Source of the DNA: a virus
Virus genome (UHGV): UHGV-1564085
DNA: 16,355 nucleotides
Reading direction: 5' to 3' (one strand)
Shown here: one piece after another, positions 1 to 7,388 of the stretch
Numbering within the stretch: position 1 is the stretch's first letter
Layout of the letters: the number at the start of each line of letters is the position of its first letter
The notes under the pieces: model-generated
Told to the model about the DNA's origin: nothing
The model's input: the letters and a program-made list of their open reading frames with translations, nothing else
Database searches by the model: none
Made by a program: the position numbers and the translations under genes

Positions 1-36
1 TACATAAAAAGTCAGATAAAAATATTATCTCGTCAA

Positions 37-342
37 GTGATGAAAAAAAACCTGGCGGAGATGAAAGACTTGATAGATAAAAAAGAATTGGATTTTAATG
101 TAATTCTGCAGGAGATGAAAAATCAGGCCGGAGAAGAAAAAGAAGACATCAAAAACATTACAAAAATGCAGGCTGCAGGTGAGACTTTAATTAAATTTAT
201 TCAATCATTTGACCCGGACTCAACGGGACCAATTATAATTGGTAAAGATATGGATGACAAAAATATAAATGACAACGATCTAATTAACGAAGATATTATT
301 AAGTTCATTTATGTCCTATTAGGTACTGAGTTAGAAAAATAA
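37..342 (+). CDS. Hypothetical Lys/Asp/Glu-rich protein in a very AT-rich stretch; frame is open back to position 1, so it may be 5'-truncated by the window. Probably host flank upstream of dusA.
   Basis: ORF track 37..342; no in-frame stop between position 1 and the ATG at 37; followed by an intrinsic terminator at 383..412; base composition much more AT-rich than the prophage body. Confidence 0.4.
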   Translation: MMKKNLAEMKDLIDKKELDFNVILQEMKNQAGEEKEDIKNITKMQAAGETLIKFIQSFDPDSTGPIIIGKDMDDKNINDNDLINEDIIKFIYVLLGTELEK

Positions 343-382
343 AATGTGAATTTTCCCTATAGCATGGAAGTTTTTACATAAA

Positions 383-412
383 AGAACCCAATATTGATTG
401 GGTTCTTTTTTC
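383..412 (+). terminator. Rho-independent terminator after the 37..342 ORF
   Basis: 10-bp stem agaacccaat (383..392) pairs with attgggttct (397..406), 4-nt loop, T-run 406..412. Confidence 0.6.
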
Positions 413-703
413 TCTATCAGTGCTATTAGCAGGGAGAGATATCACCGTAGTTTAATGTGTGATTTTTATTTATCGTCGAACCTGGATTGTTTATCATTGG
501 CCTTAACAAAGCTAACGGCTAATAAGATTATTTCCATCACTTCGTGAGAGCTTCATGCCTTGAGAGGATCTCAATTTTCTTTTGCAATGAGACAGGCGCT
601 TCCTGTTGTTATGGTATAGTACCCCGCTATTGAGCCTCCTGAACAGTGATGCTGAATAACATAACCCCATGATATATCGATAAAATAATCTCTACATTTG
701 AAA

Positions 704-826
704 ATGCACGGTAATTCTGAAATGCAAAAAATCAACCAAACCAGCGCAATGCCTGAAAAAACTGACGTTCACTGGAGTGGTCGGTTTAGCGTTGCACCAA
801 TGCTCGATAGGATGTACCGTTTTTGA
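704..826 (+). pseudogene. dusA: Truncated 5' fragment of tRNA-dihydrouridine synthase A (dusA'), the displaced native 5' end left at a dusA-targeted integration junction
   Basis: Translation from ATG 704 gives MHGNSEMQKINQTSAMPEKTDVHWSGRFSVAPMLD, which I recognise as the DusA N-terminus including the conserved SVAPML motif; it diverges after codon 35 (808) into RMYRF-stop at 824..826. Confidence 0.6.
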
Positions 827-1061
827 AAAACAACTAGTTATACACTTTGTGGGAGCCTATTGGGAACCTGTTATTCTTAGAAAGCATCATTTGCTCATCA
901 CTTCAATTGACCATGGTTAAAGCCAGCTATAAACTTGACAAACGAGGTAACTGGTTGCTTAGGCCCAAGTGGGCACACCATAAGAAGCTCGTGTTGGTGA
1001 TGAAGCAACCCATGAAGTATCGAGAATAATTATAAAGTTCACTATCTTTGAGGTTTCTTAT

Positions 1062-1634
1062 ATGTTTTGCGAAGAAAAAGTAGCTCAAATGGCTGCATAC
1101 CTACTTCTTAAGCGAGGTGGGCGCATGGCATATCTGAAATTGATGAAGTTGCTCTATCTGTCTAACCGCCAGTCGATTTTGAAGCATGGCAGGATGATCG
1201 GCGAAGATAGCCTTTACTCTATGAAATTTGGACCAGTCATGTCGAATACGCTGAACTTGATTCGCGGTAAGGCTGAAGGCATTGGTGACTACTGGTACAA
1301 CTTGATAGAGACGAACGGGCATAATGTATCGTTGCGTTCAGATCCGAGGGAAATGGATGCAGACGAGGTCTTTGATGAATTGAGTCGTGCAGATATCCGG
1401 ATTTTAGATGAAATCTATTCTCGGTATGGGCATATGAACCGATTTGATCTCGCAAATATGACGCATTTAGAAAGCGTTTGTCCAGAGTGGCACGATCCTG
1501 GCAATTCTCGTAAGCCTATAGACCTGAAAGAAATGCTGATCAGTGAGGGTAAAAGCGAGGATGAGGCTAATCGCATAATTGGCAAAATGGAAGAATCTCA
1601 GAAACTTAAGGAATTTTCTTTGCAATTATCATGA
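1062..1634 (+). CDS. Panacea-domain (DUF4065, SocA/GepA-like) protein, putative antitoxin or immunity component
   Basis: ORF track 190 aa; N-terminal motifs AAYLLL, KLMKLLYL and GPV match the remembered DUF4065 signature; GAGG Shine-Dalgarno 9 nt upstream; stop overlaps the next start by 4 bp. Confidence 0.5.
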   Translation: MFCEEKVAQMAAYLLLKRGGRMAYLKLMKLLYLSNRQSILKHGRMIGEDSLYSMKFGPVMSNTLNLIRGKAEGIGDYWYNLIETNGHNVSLRSDPREMDADEVFDELSRADIRILDEIYSRYGHMNRFDLANMTHLESVCPEWHDPGNSRKPIDLKEMLISEGKSEDEANRIIGKMEESQKLKEFSLQLS

Positions 1635-2050
1635 CGGATTATCAGCCATACAGGAAAGGAACTGTGCTTGCCCCAACTGGGCCATGCAATCATCTTCATG
1701 TGATTTGTAATGATCCTGTTTATTACCCCGTTAACGATTGTTATTGTGTTTTAGTTGTTAATATTTCTAGTATCAAGGATGGTGTCCCCCACGATCCGTC
1801 TTGCGTCTTGAATTCTGGTGATCATCGCTTTATCAAGCATCCAAGTTATGTTGTTTACGCTGAAGCTATAATTTGGCGAGTGGATAACATGGTTAGAAAG
1901 CAGCGATCGGGTGAGATTTCTGTTCATGATGATATGCCAGAAGCTACATTCAATAGAATTCTGGACGGTTTTGATATCTCTGATGAAGTTACGCCAAAGA
2001 ACCTTAAATTTAAAAATAAATATTGCGTATCATCTATTGATGATGAGTAA
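1631..2050 (+). CDS. Uncharacterised 139-aa protein coupled to the Panacea-domain gene; candidate toxin or effector partner
   Basis: ORF track 139 aa; ATGA start/stop overlap with the upstream gene (1631..1634); no family recognised from sequence. Confidence 0.5.
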   Translation: MTDYQPYRKGTVLAPTGPCNHLHVICNDPVYYPVNDCYCVLVVNISSIKDGVPHDPSCVLNSGDHRFIKHPSYVVYAEAIIWRVDNMVRKQRSGEISVHDDMPEATFNRILDGFDISDEVTPKNLKFKNKYCVSSIDDE

Positions 2051-2089
2051 ACAACAGGAATTGTTTCGGTATAACTTCAGGAGTTTTCT

Positions 2090-2263
2090 ATGGAAGATCA
2101 AAAAGCAACCAAGCCACAGGTTAAGTTCGACACAATGAAAGCATTCGCAGGTATGGGTGCTGCTGTTGAAGTTCTGATGAAGGCTGCTCCTAATGCGTTC
2201 ACTCACGCTACTGTCTCTGGTAAAGAGCAGCAGGGTAAGCTTCGTCGTCGCAAAGCAGCATGA
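2090..2263 (+). CDS. Small hypothetical protein (57 aa) not in the ORF track
   Basis: Hand translation: MEDQKATKPQVKFDTMKAFAGMGAAVEVLMKAAPNAFTHATVSGKEQQGKLRRRKAA, stop TGA 2261..2263; AGGAG 6 nt upstream of the ATG; intrinsic terminator immediately downstream. Confidence 0.45.
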   Translation: MEDQKATKPQVKFDTMKAFAGMGAAVEVLMKAAPNAFTHATVSGKEQQGKLRRRKAA

Positions 2264-2286
2264 TCATAGCTGGTGCTTTTTGAAAA

Positions 2287-2308
2287 CCCGCCTTTAGGCG
2301 GGTTTTTT
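2287..2308. terminator. Bidirectional rho-independent terminator between the plus-strand cargo genes and the minus-strand excisionase-like gene
   Basis: cccgcc (2287..2292), loop ttta, ggcggg (2297..2302); T-run 2303..2308 on plus strand and A-run 2283..2286 (T-run on minus strand). Confidence 0.7.
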
Positions 2309-2310
2309 AT

Positions 2311-2592
2311 TTAGTGATGTTCTTTGCCCTTCTGTTTGCTTGTTCTGACCTGTTCCCACTCGATACGTCCTTCTTCTCGTCTTTTGTCTATGTATTCCGC
2401 AAGATCCTGAATATTGATGCAACGTTTTGCTTTTTGTGATGTGCCGATGCGATATGTTGGAACGGGCAACTTACAAGCGTTTGCTTTTGCTTCTGCCGTG
2501 GCTGGACTCATGCCAAAGTACTTTTGGCTAACTGCTGAGAGTTCAATGTTAGGGGTATTGAATTCAGCCATCAGTAAAAACAAGGTGTTCAT
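2311..2592 (-). CDS. Excisionase-like small DNA-binding protein (PrtN/AlpA-type family)
   Basis: ORF track 2311..2619 begins at a GTG; the ATG at 2592 has GGAG 6 nt upstream and gives a start MNTLFLLMAEF typical of this family as I remember it; sits at the end of the early-left operon. Confidence 0.5.
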   Translation of the reverse strand: MNTLFLLMAEFNTPNIELSAVSQKYFGMSPATAEAKANACKLPVPTYRIGTSQKAKRCINIQDLAEYIDKRREEGRIEWEQVRTSKQKGKEHH

Positions 2593-2628
2593 AATTTTCT
2601 CCATCAAAACCGGCTGCACCCGGGAAAA

Positions 2629-3201
2629 TCATAATTCTGTGCTGGTGGCAGGAATTAATTTCTGCCAGATAGCGGAAACATATTTTGCCTGATGACGGGC
2701 ATCAGCCAGGGCGTTGTGCCGTTCGCCATCGAAAGGCATGTCCATTTTGGGGTCGAATCCGATGGAACGCCCAAGCGTAACGATCGTGCGTACATCGTGG
2801 TCATTCCAGTATGCCCACGGGCAGATTTGTCCTGCTCGCTCATAAGCTCCACGTAAAATTACGTTGTCGAAGGTGGCTCCGTTACCCCAGACTTTTAAAT
2901 ATTTCGTATTGTCTGCGTGCCGGTTAATGAAATGATTTAGTTCTGAGAGAGCATCGCTGATCGACAAAGTATCATCAATACAGATTGCAGCTCGTGCTTC
3001 AGGGCTTTGTTTCAACCACCACAGGATGGTATCGCCGTCAGGTGTAGCTCCTTGCCCCATAGCACTTTCCAGGCTAACAACCGTATAGAATTCTTGTCCG
3101 ATGTCTCCGGTTTCTGGAGTGAAGAACACCGCGCCAATGGAAACGATCGGTGCATCCTTATTTTTCCCCATCGTCTCAAGGTCGATCATTAAGTTGTTCA
3201 T
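2629..3201 (-). CDS. DEDDh (DnaQ-like) 3'-5' exonuclease
   Basis: ORF track 191 aa; motifs DLET near the N-terminus and HNALADA near the C-terminus fit Exo I and Exo III of DEDDh nucleases; real start likely the ATG at 3201 with GAGGTG upstream, overlapping the upstream stop. Confidence 0.6.
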   Translation of the reverse strand: MNNLMIDLETMGKNKDAPIVSIGAVFFTPETGDIGQEFYTVVSLESAMGQGATPDGDTILWWLKQSPEARAAICIDDTLSISDALSELNHFINRHADNTKYLKVWGNGATFDNVILRGAYERAGQICPWAYWNDHDVRTIVTLGRSIGFDPKMDMPFDGERHNALADARHQAKYVSAIWQKLIPATSTEL

Positions 3202-4010
3202 CACTTCACCTCTTGTGATGGTTTTGCTGCAAAATACTCGATACCTTTATCCCAGATAGATTTTATGGTCGACCACGTGACTGGCACTTTAATTTCAATA
3301 CGTCCGCTCCCGTCACAGGTATCGCAATCATCATCGCCAAAGCATTCCAGGCAGCTTATAAACGTAGTTTCTGAAAATTCACCGGATAGCGCCCCCTTAG
3401 CGCCGTTCTCGGCTGTTAGTCTCTTCGGCACCATAACCCAACCATCCGGAGTTACCGGAGAGTTGCCAGACAGTGCGTTCTGCAATCGTTCCAGCTTAAC
3501 GTATTCCTGAACCCTGTTTCCGTCGCACGCCTGAAGCCATTGCACAGCCTTTTGCGCATCAGTGTGAAAGGCACAAGTGCGACCGTCATCAAATTGCATT
3601 TCGTAGAGGTCAGCAACCTGTTTAAACTGCGTTTGTGGCAACTTGTAAGCCTGGCTTGCAGGTACGGCACCATAGAGCATGGCAGCGCGGCAGGCGTTCC
3701 AGCCTTCATCAAAACCGACTATGCCATTATTTAAAGACGGACGAGCATCTGGCACCACCGGCACTGGCTTGGCTATATATAGCGGCTGAACATACCAGCC
3801 CTTTGATAACCAACTGTCAGCAATGTTTTTACTCCTGGTTATTGCCGGAATACCTAAGCCATTGTCTGAATGCAGCCATGCCACCGGATCCTCTTCCAGC
3901 GATGCCAGAGCAATTTCATAAGCACGGCGCTCAACATTGTCTCGCACGTCCATGCTGCTGATTCGTTCTTTGATTTCTTTAATCAGTTCTTTATCGGTAA
4001 ATGTGGTCAT
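3201..4010 (-). CDS. Hypothetical phage early protein (269 aa) with a C-terminal Cys/Asp-rich stretch
   Basis: ORF track; translationally coupled at both ends (1-nt overlaps); no family recognised. Confidence 0.5.
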   Translation of the reverse strand: MTTFTDKELIKEIKERISSMDVRDNVERRAYEIALASLEEDPVAWLHSDNGLGIPAITRSKNIADSWLSKGWYVQPLYIAKPVPVVPDARPSLNNGIVGFDEGWNACRAAMLYGAVPASQAYKLPQTQFKQVADLYEMQFDDGRTCAFHTDAQKAVQWLQACDGNRVQEYVKLERLQNALSGNSPVTPDGWVMVPKRLTAENGAKGALSGEFSETTFISCLECFGDDDCDTCDGSGRIEIKVPVTWSTIKSIWDKGIEYFAAKPSQEVK

Positions 4011-4372
4011 TATGCTCCAGCCTCCGGTGCTTTTGGCATTACTGCCCAGTGAGTGATGTTGACGTTTTCAAGGTCCCCGACCTGAAATGTCCACTGCCAT
4101 TCTCCGGTTTCTTTTTGCCCCCATGTATACCAGAGAGAACGCCAGCCAATCAGCCAGCCTTCTCCATTAGCATCAAATAACAGAACACTTTCATTCGCTG
4201 GCGGCAGTTCAGCTGACACTGGTATTACTTTGTTTTCCAGTGCTGCACATTTAGCTTCAAGCGCATCAAATTTACGCACCAGGTATTCAGCATCCGTTTC
4301 ATTCACTTTCAGATCTCGCGGTACACATTTCCCGCGAAGAAATCCTTCCATTTCGAAAACATTCATGCGCAT
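4010..4372 (-). CDS. Hypothetical phage protein (120 aa), Trp-rich C-terminus, YfdS/DUF551-like
   Basis: ORF track; ATG at 4370..4372 confirmed by hand; size and position match yfdS of prophage CPS-53 as I recall it. Confidence 0.5.
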   Translation of the reverse strand: MRMNVFEMEGFLRGKCVPRDLKVNETDAEYLVRKFDALEAKCAALENKVIPVSAELPPANESVLLFDANGEGWLIGWRSLWYTWGQKETGEWQWTFQVGDLENVNITHWAVMPKAPEAGA

Positions 4373-4899
4373 TTTCGTAACTCCGATAATTCGTTAAAGC
4401 GTTCCATAAACATCCCGTAGGCATGGCCTGGAGCCAGTGGAATCACGTTGAACATCTCTGTTGCCGGGATACCTTCCAGTACAGGCCAGAAAGAGCCATC
4501 ATCAAGCCCGAGATCGCGGCGTTCGGTTGCCAGCATGATGAGATCGGCATATTTCACGGGTGTACTCATAACCGGGGGTAACCCGTATTTCTCACGGATT
4601 ACTGTGTCTATTTTTTCTTCCATCCGTTTATAGTCAGGAAGAAAGCGTTTCAGTGGTGCGGGGATGTCCTGGCAATACGCTTCTGTTGCATCATGCATTA
4701 ACGCTTCAAAAGCAAATTCCTGCGGCACCAACTGGCTGCAAAGAACCGCATGTTGGGCGACGCTGTAGAAGTGCGAAAGATGACCGGCAAAGCGACAGAT
4801 ATTTGAAAGGGAAACCGCGATATCGTTAATATCGATGTCGTCTTTATTTATCCTGTCATAATAAAAATGCTTCCCAGAAAAAGTTTTGATAAATGACAT
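4363..4899 (-). CDS. HD-domain phosphohydrolase, YfdR-like putative 5'-deoxynucleotidase
   Basis: Contains H...HD metal-binding motifs (AQHAV, MHDATEAY); the ATG at 4899 with GGAG 6 nt upstream gives 178 aa (track ORF starts at an upstream GTG, 4926). Confidence 0.6.
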   Translation of the reverse strand: MSFIKTFSGKHFYYDRINKDDIDINDIAVSLSNICRFAGHLSHFYSVAQHAVLCSQLVPQEFAFEALMHDATEAYCQDIPAPLKRFLPDYKRMEEKIDTVIREKYGLPPVMSTPVKYADLIMLATERRDLGLDDGSFWPVLEGIPATEMFNVIPLAPGHAYGMFMERFNELSELRKCA

Positions 4900-5026
4900 T
4901 TTGTTCTCCACGTATATGCGCTGCACCGCGCTGAATTCTGGTAAAAAGAATCCCTCACCATCCGGCGATTATTGAGTAAATTACGTTTCCATAAATGCCC
5001 CCGCAGGGGCATTTGCAGTAATGAAA

Positions 5027-5851
5027 TCAGGCGGTGAAAGTACCAATAAAGGTTTCTACTTTGCTGTCCTTGAATTTCTCAACAAGCAGATCACGAAATT
5101 CGTTAGCCATTTCTTCCTGCACCGCCTCCAGCTGAATAATGCGCAGAACCAGTACAGGACGATCGCCAGTGATAATGCTGAGGCGTAATTTAAACGGACG
5201 TTCTTTCAGACCTTCAAACGGAACGCATTTAAATTCAAATGCCACTGGCATAATGTCTTTGGTCTTCGCTTCGACAGACTCCATCAGGGAGCGTTTGCCG
5301 CTGAAGTCATTGTCTTCAAAATCAGCGGTCTGGTTCGCTTCAATTGTGATTTTACGGATCGCCGCAGCCGCTTTGGTTGCCTGAATGGCGTCACCATTAG
5401 CATCAAAGCCCACAAGGTAGTCGGCCCAGTCTTCAATCCATTCTGCCAGTGACTTCTGGGAGTTACGCTCGCCATTAACAGACAACAGAGCAGAGAACGG
5501 TGCTGTCTTTTTCAGTTTGAGAGTGGCGGTGTTATCTGCGTGACCTGGTTCATCAATAGTACCCAGGTTAAGCACACTGACTGCTCGCATATTATCGGCA
5601 TCGATAAAGCAGCGGGTGCCTTCATCTGCAAGATCTTTAGAATAACGGGTAAAGTCATCGATGCTGGCAGTGGAAAGCGCACCACGGAAACGGAAGCGAT
5701 TTAAATTAAATTTTTCCAGATCATGAATGCGGAAATTCTCAGGCAATGCCACAGCATCGGCACCAATATTATTGATAATTTCATTAACACCCTGAGCAGA
5801 AATAAGGGCATGGATTTGATTAATTGCGGTTGCGTCTAAGTTCTGAGACAT
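5027..5851 (-). CDS. YfdQ-like (DUF2303) prophage early protein, 274 aa
   Basis: ORF track; GTGAGGA Shine-Dalgarno upstream; size and neighbourhood match yfdQ of CPS-53 (from memory). Confidence 0.5.
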   Translation of the reverse strand: MSQNLDATAINQIHALISAQGVNEIINNIGADAVALPENFRIHDLEKFNLNRFRFRGALSTASIDDFTRYSKDLADEGTRCFIDADNMRAVSVLNLGTIDEPGHADNTATLKLKKTAPFSALLSVNGERNSQKSLAEWIEDWADYLVGFDANGDAIQATKAAAAIRKITIEANQTADFEDNDFSGKRSLMESVEAKTKDIMPVAFEFKCVPFEGLKERPFKLRLSIITGDRPVLVLRIIQLEAVQEEMANEFRDLLVEKFKDSKVETFIGTFTA

Positions 5852-5916
5852 AATAAGTCCTCACTATATAAAGATATTCAGTGATGAGATAAATAATCGG
5901 TTAATTAAGAACGATA

Positions 5917-6279
5917 TTAATGACCTGCTGCGCGGAGTTTTCCGTCAGGTTCACCGGCAAGAGTCAGTAATTGTCCCTGGTCTTCCTGCAGAATAGTCAG
6001 GCGACCACCGCGATTGACATACATCGGCGTTTCGGTGGTGTCTTCTTCGGAAATTTTCCCGCGGTTAGTCGGGCGAACATATGAGAGTTTGTGTTTGATT
6101 TTCACACGGTTCTCATCAAATGGTTCGATTTCCAGGTTGAGTGAGACCTTACCTTTGGTTTTCGTGTTCATCACACCGGAAGCGACTTCACTGAGAACTG
6201 CGCCGATTTTGGTTTCAAATACGCCGCCGTCCAGCTCCCCGATAAATGCCTGCACATCAGTACTGCGTTCGCTAGCCAT
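5917..6279 (-). CDS. Hypothetical prophage early protein (120 aa), YfdP-like
   Basis: Track ORF extends to 6597 but its N-terminal 106 codons are Arg/Pro/Cys-rich and unprotein-like; the ATG at 6279 has GAGGAG 8 nt upstream and yields MASERSTDVQAF... Confidence 0.5.
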   Translation of the reverse strand: MASERSTDVQAFIGELDGGVFETKIGAVLSEVASGVMNTKTKGKVSLNLEIEPFDENRVKIKHKLSYVRPTNRGKISEEDTTETPMYVNRGGRLTILQEDQGQLLTLAGEPDGKLRAAGH

Positions 6280-6327
6280 TTTGCTGCTCCTCATCATATC
6301 GACCCTGCAAGGTCGGTTGGTTTCTCC

Positions 6328-6416
6328 ACAAAACAGAGAAGAACACCTGCGGTGGCAGCCGCCCGGATGGATTGGGTTATGAGCCCGTCGTCCGGTGATG
6401 CTCTTCTCTGTTTTGT
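6328..6416. repeat. Long inverted repeat (15-bp perfect stem acaaaacagagaaga / tcttctctgttttgt, ~59-nt loop) in a 436-bp non-coding region
   Basis: Arms at 6328..6342 and 6402..6416 read directly from the sequence; loop is GC-rich with internal short palindromes. Confidence 0.5.
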
Positions 6417-6716
6417 AAAAAGGACGGTACCAGCCTGAAGCAAGGGTACAAACTGGTACCGCCAGGACTACACACAGCATAAAGTTGTGGTGCCGGGTGC
6501 CTCCCGGTGCCTGGCGAAGGTTGCACACCAGACGGGTGGGTATCCACAGAAGGTCGACTGTCAGCCTCAACCTTAACCCGCGTGCGCTGAGCCGCATTCA
6601 CCACAACGCTAAGGATTCTCTTTGGTTGAAAATACTTAGCTGTTATGTGCCTGTCTTTTCACCACTTCAGGCTCGGTGGTATCCTTTTAAGCCCGTATAC
6701 ATAAAAGGAAAATCAA

Positions 6717-6962
6717 ATGACTTTTGATGAAAAAGAACTTGATAATGCAATTAATAAAATCATCGTAACGTCGCTCTTTTCCTGTCTCAGCGACACTCAG
6801 CAGAAACAGTTCTACGAATCGGCTTTCAACATGATCGAGCGTTGTTGTTTCTGCGATGCCGACGAGTTACCTGAAAAAATCAGGAAACAGTTGGCTGATG
6901 CTCTTCGAGTGCGACTTTCTGACCAATTTTCTGAAATGTACTCTCCGAATTTGGACAAATAG
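6717..6962 (+). CDS. Hypothetical 81-aa protein transcribed antisense to the pL operon; possible lysogen-expressed moron
   Basis: ORF track; AAGGA Shine-Dalgarno 9 nt upstream; protein-like composition; 3' end overlaps the convergent minus-strand ORF. Confidence 0.4.
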   Translation: MTFDEKELDNAINKIIVTSLFSCLSDTQQKQFYESAFNMIERCCFCDADELPEKIRKQLADALRVRLSDQFSEMYSPNLDK

Positions 6963-7155
6963 AAAAAGGCCATTTCCATTCAGGGTCTGATGGAAATACT
7001 TCAGCCTGTTCCAAAGCACGGCGTAAAGAGAACACAACTCCAGCCATAATCTGATGTTTCCCATTGGTCCAGCTATCGCCGCTCTGATCTACAGGGGCGG
7101 CTATGTCGTATGACCAAACGACTTCACAGTTATTGTTTAAAATCTGGACTTTCAT
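6880..7155 (-). CDS. Hypothetical 91-aa protein, first gene downstream of pL (N-equivalent position, but not Arg-rich)
   Basis: ORF track; GGAGG about 12 nt upstream of the ATG at 7153..7155; its last 83 bp overlap the 6717..6962 ORF and contain a hairpin with T-run (6963..6997). Confidence 0.4.
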   Translation of the reverse strand: MKVQILNNNCEVVWSYDIAAPVDQSGDSWTNGKHQIMAGVVFSLRRALEQAEVFPSDPEWKWPFSICPNSESTFQKIGQKVALEEHQPTVS

Positions 7156-7272
7156 TTTGTTCTTTAACCTCCAGATACGGGCGTTTAATTGCCCCGCCGA
7201 ACAGCTCTTTTCCGCAATAGCTGCAATGTCTTTCGCGAATCAGCCTGCGCATTCACCACAACTCTAAAAACA

Positions 7273-7302
7273 AATGTAGGATATCCAACATGCAAGTGTC
7301 AA
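7273..7302 (-). promoter_or_regulatory. pL-like early leftward promoter
   Basis: On the minus strand TTGACA (plus 7297..7302), 18-bp spacer, TACATT (plus 7273..7278); same architecture and near-identical sequence to pR. Confidence 0.55.
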
Positions 7303-7326
7303 GAGTTTATGTTGGTTATCCTACAT
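7274..7326. promoter_or_regulatory. OL operator sites: two 18-bp near-palindromes (7274..7291 and 7309..7326)
   Basis: atgtaggatatccaacat and atgttggttatcctacat; the first is the exact reverse complement of the OR site at 8089..8106. Confidence 0.55.
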
Positions 7327-7341
7327 GAAAAGATAGGCTCA

Positions 7342-7365
7342 TAAAAAAACCGGGGATACCCCGGT
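7342..7365 (-). terminator. Rho-independent terminator downstream of the cI-like gene
   Basis: accgggg (7349..7355) pairs with ccccggt (7359..7365); A-run 7342..7348 on plus strand gives the T-run on the minus strand. Confidence 0.6.
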
Positions 7366-7388
7366 TTTGCGATAGTGAGGAAGATGTG

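Noticed and set aside
847-1029. 60-aa plus-strand ORF just downstream of the dusA fragment
   Set aside because: No convincing Shine-Dalgarno and poor protein-like composition; more likely attachment-site or promoter DNA for the cargo genes. Not fully excluded.
1101-1455. Minus-strand ORFs 1101..1322 and 1237..1455 antisense to the Panacea-domain gene
   Set aside because: Entirely contained within a better-supported plus-strand gene; low-complexity translations.
1911-2138. 75-aa plus-strand ORF overlapping the end of the 139-aa gene
   Set aside because: Out-of-frame overlap with a coupled gene pair; the adjacent hand-found 2090..2263 ORF has much better start signals.
2283-2592. Possibility that an integrase lies immediately beyond the excisionase-like gene
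   Set aside because: A terminator and plus-strand cargo genes follow instead, and no recombinase-like ORF occurs anywhere in the window; the integrase is inferred to be at the far end of the prophage.
2414-3192. ORFs 2414..2692 (plus), 2655..2852 (minus) and 3007..3192 (plus) over the excisionase and exonuclease genes
   Set aside because: Antisense or alternative-frame overlaps of better-supported genes with recognisable motifs.
3265-4633. Six track ORFs (five plus-strand, one minus-strand) inside the early-left operon (3265..3510, 3452..3712, 3540..3734, 3635..3961, 3870..4052, 4448..4633)
   Set aside because: All lie within longer, translationally coupled minus-strand genes; compositions are low-complexity.
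5917-6597. 226-aa minus-strand ORF as listed in the track
   Set aside because: The first 106 codons are Arg/Pro/Cys/Gly-rich with no protein-like character and lie in the GC-rich non-coding region; an ATG at 6279 with a GAGGAG Shine-Dalgarno gives a 120-aa protein, so only 5917..6279 was called.
6377-6727. ORFs 6377..6604 (minus) and 6485..6727 (plus) in the long intergenic region
   Set aside because: Pro/Gly/Arg/Ser-rich translations typical of chance open frames in GC-rich structured DNA; no ribosome-binding sites; they overlap each other and the inverted-repeat element.
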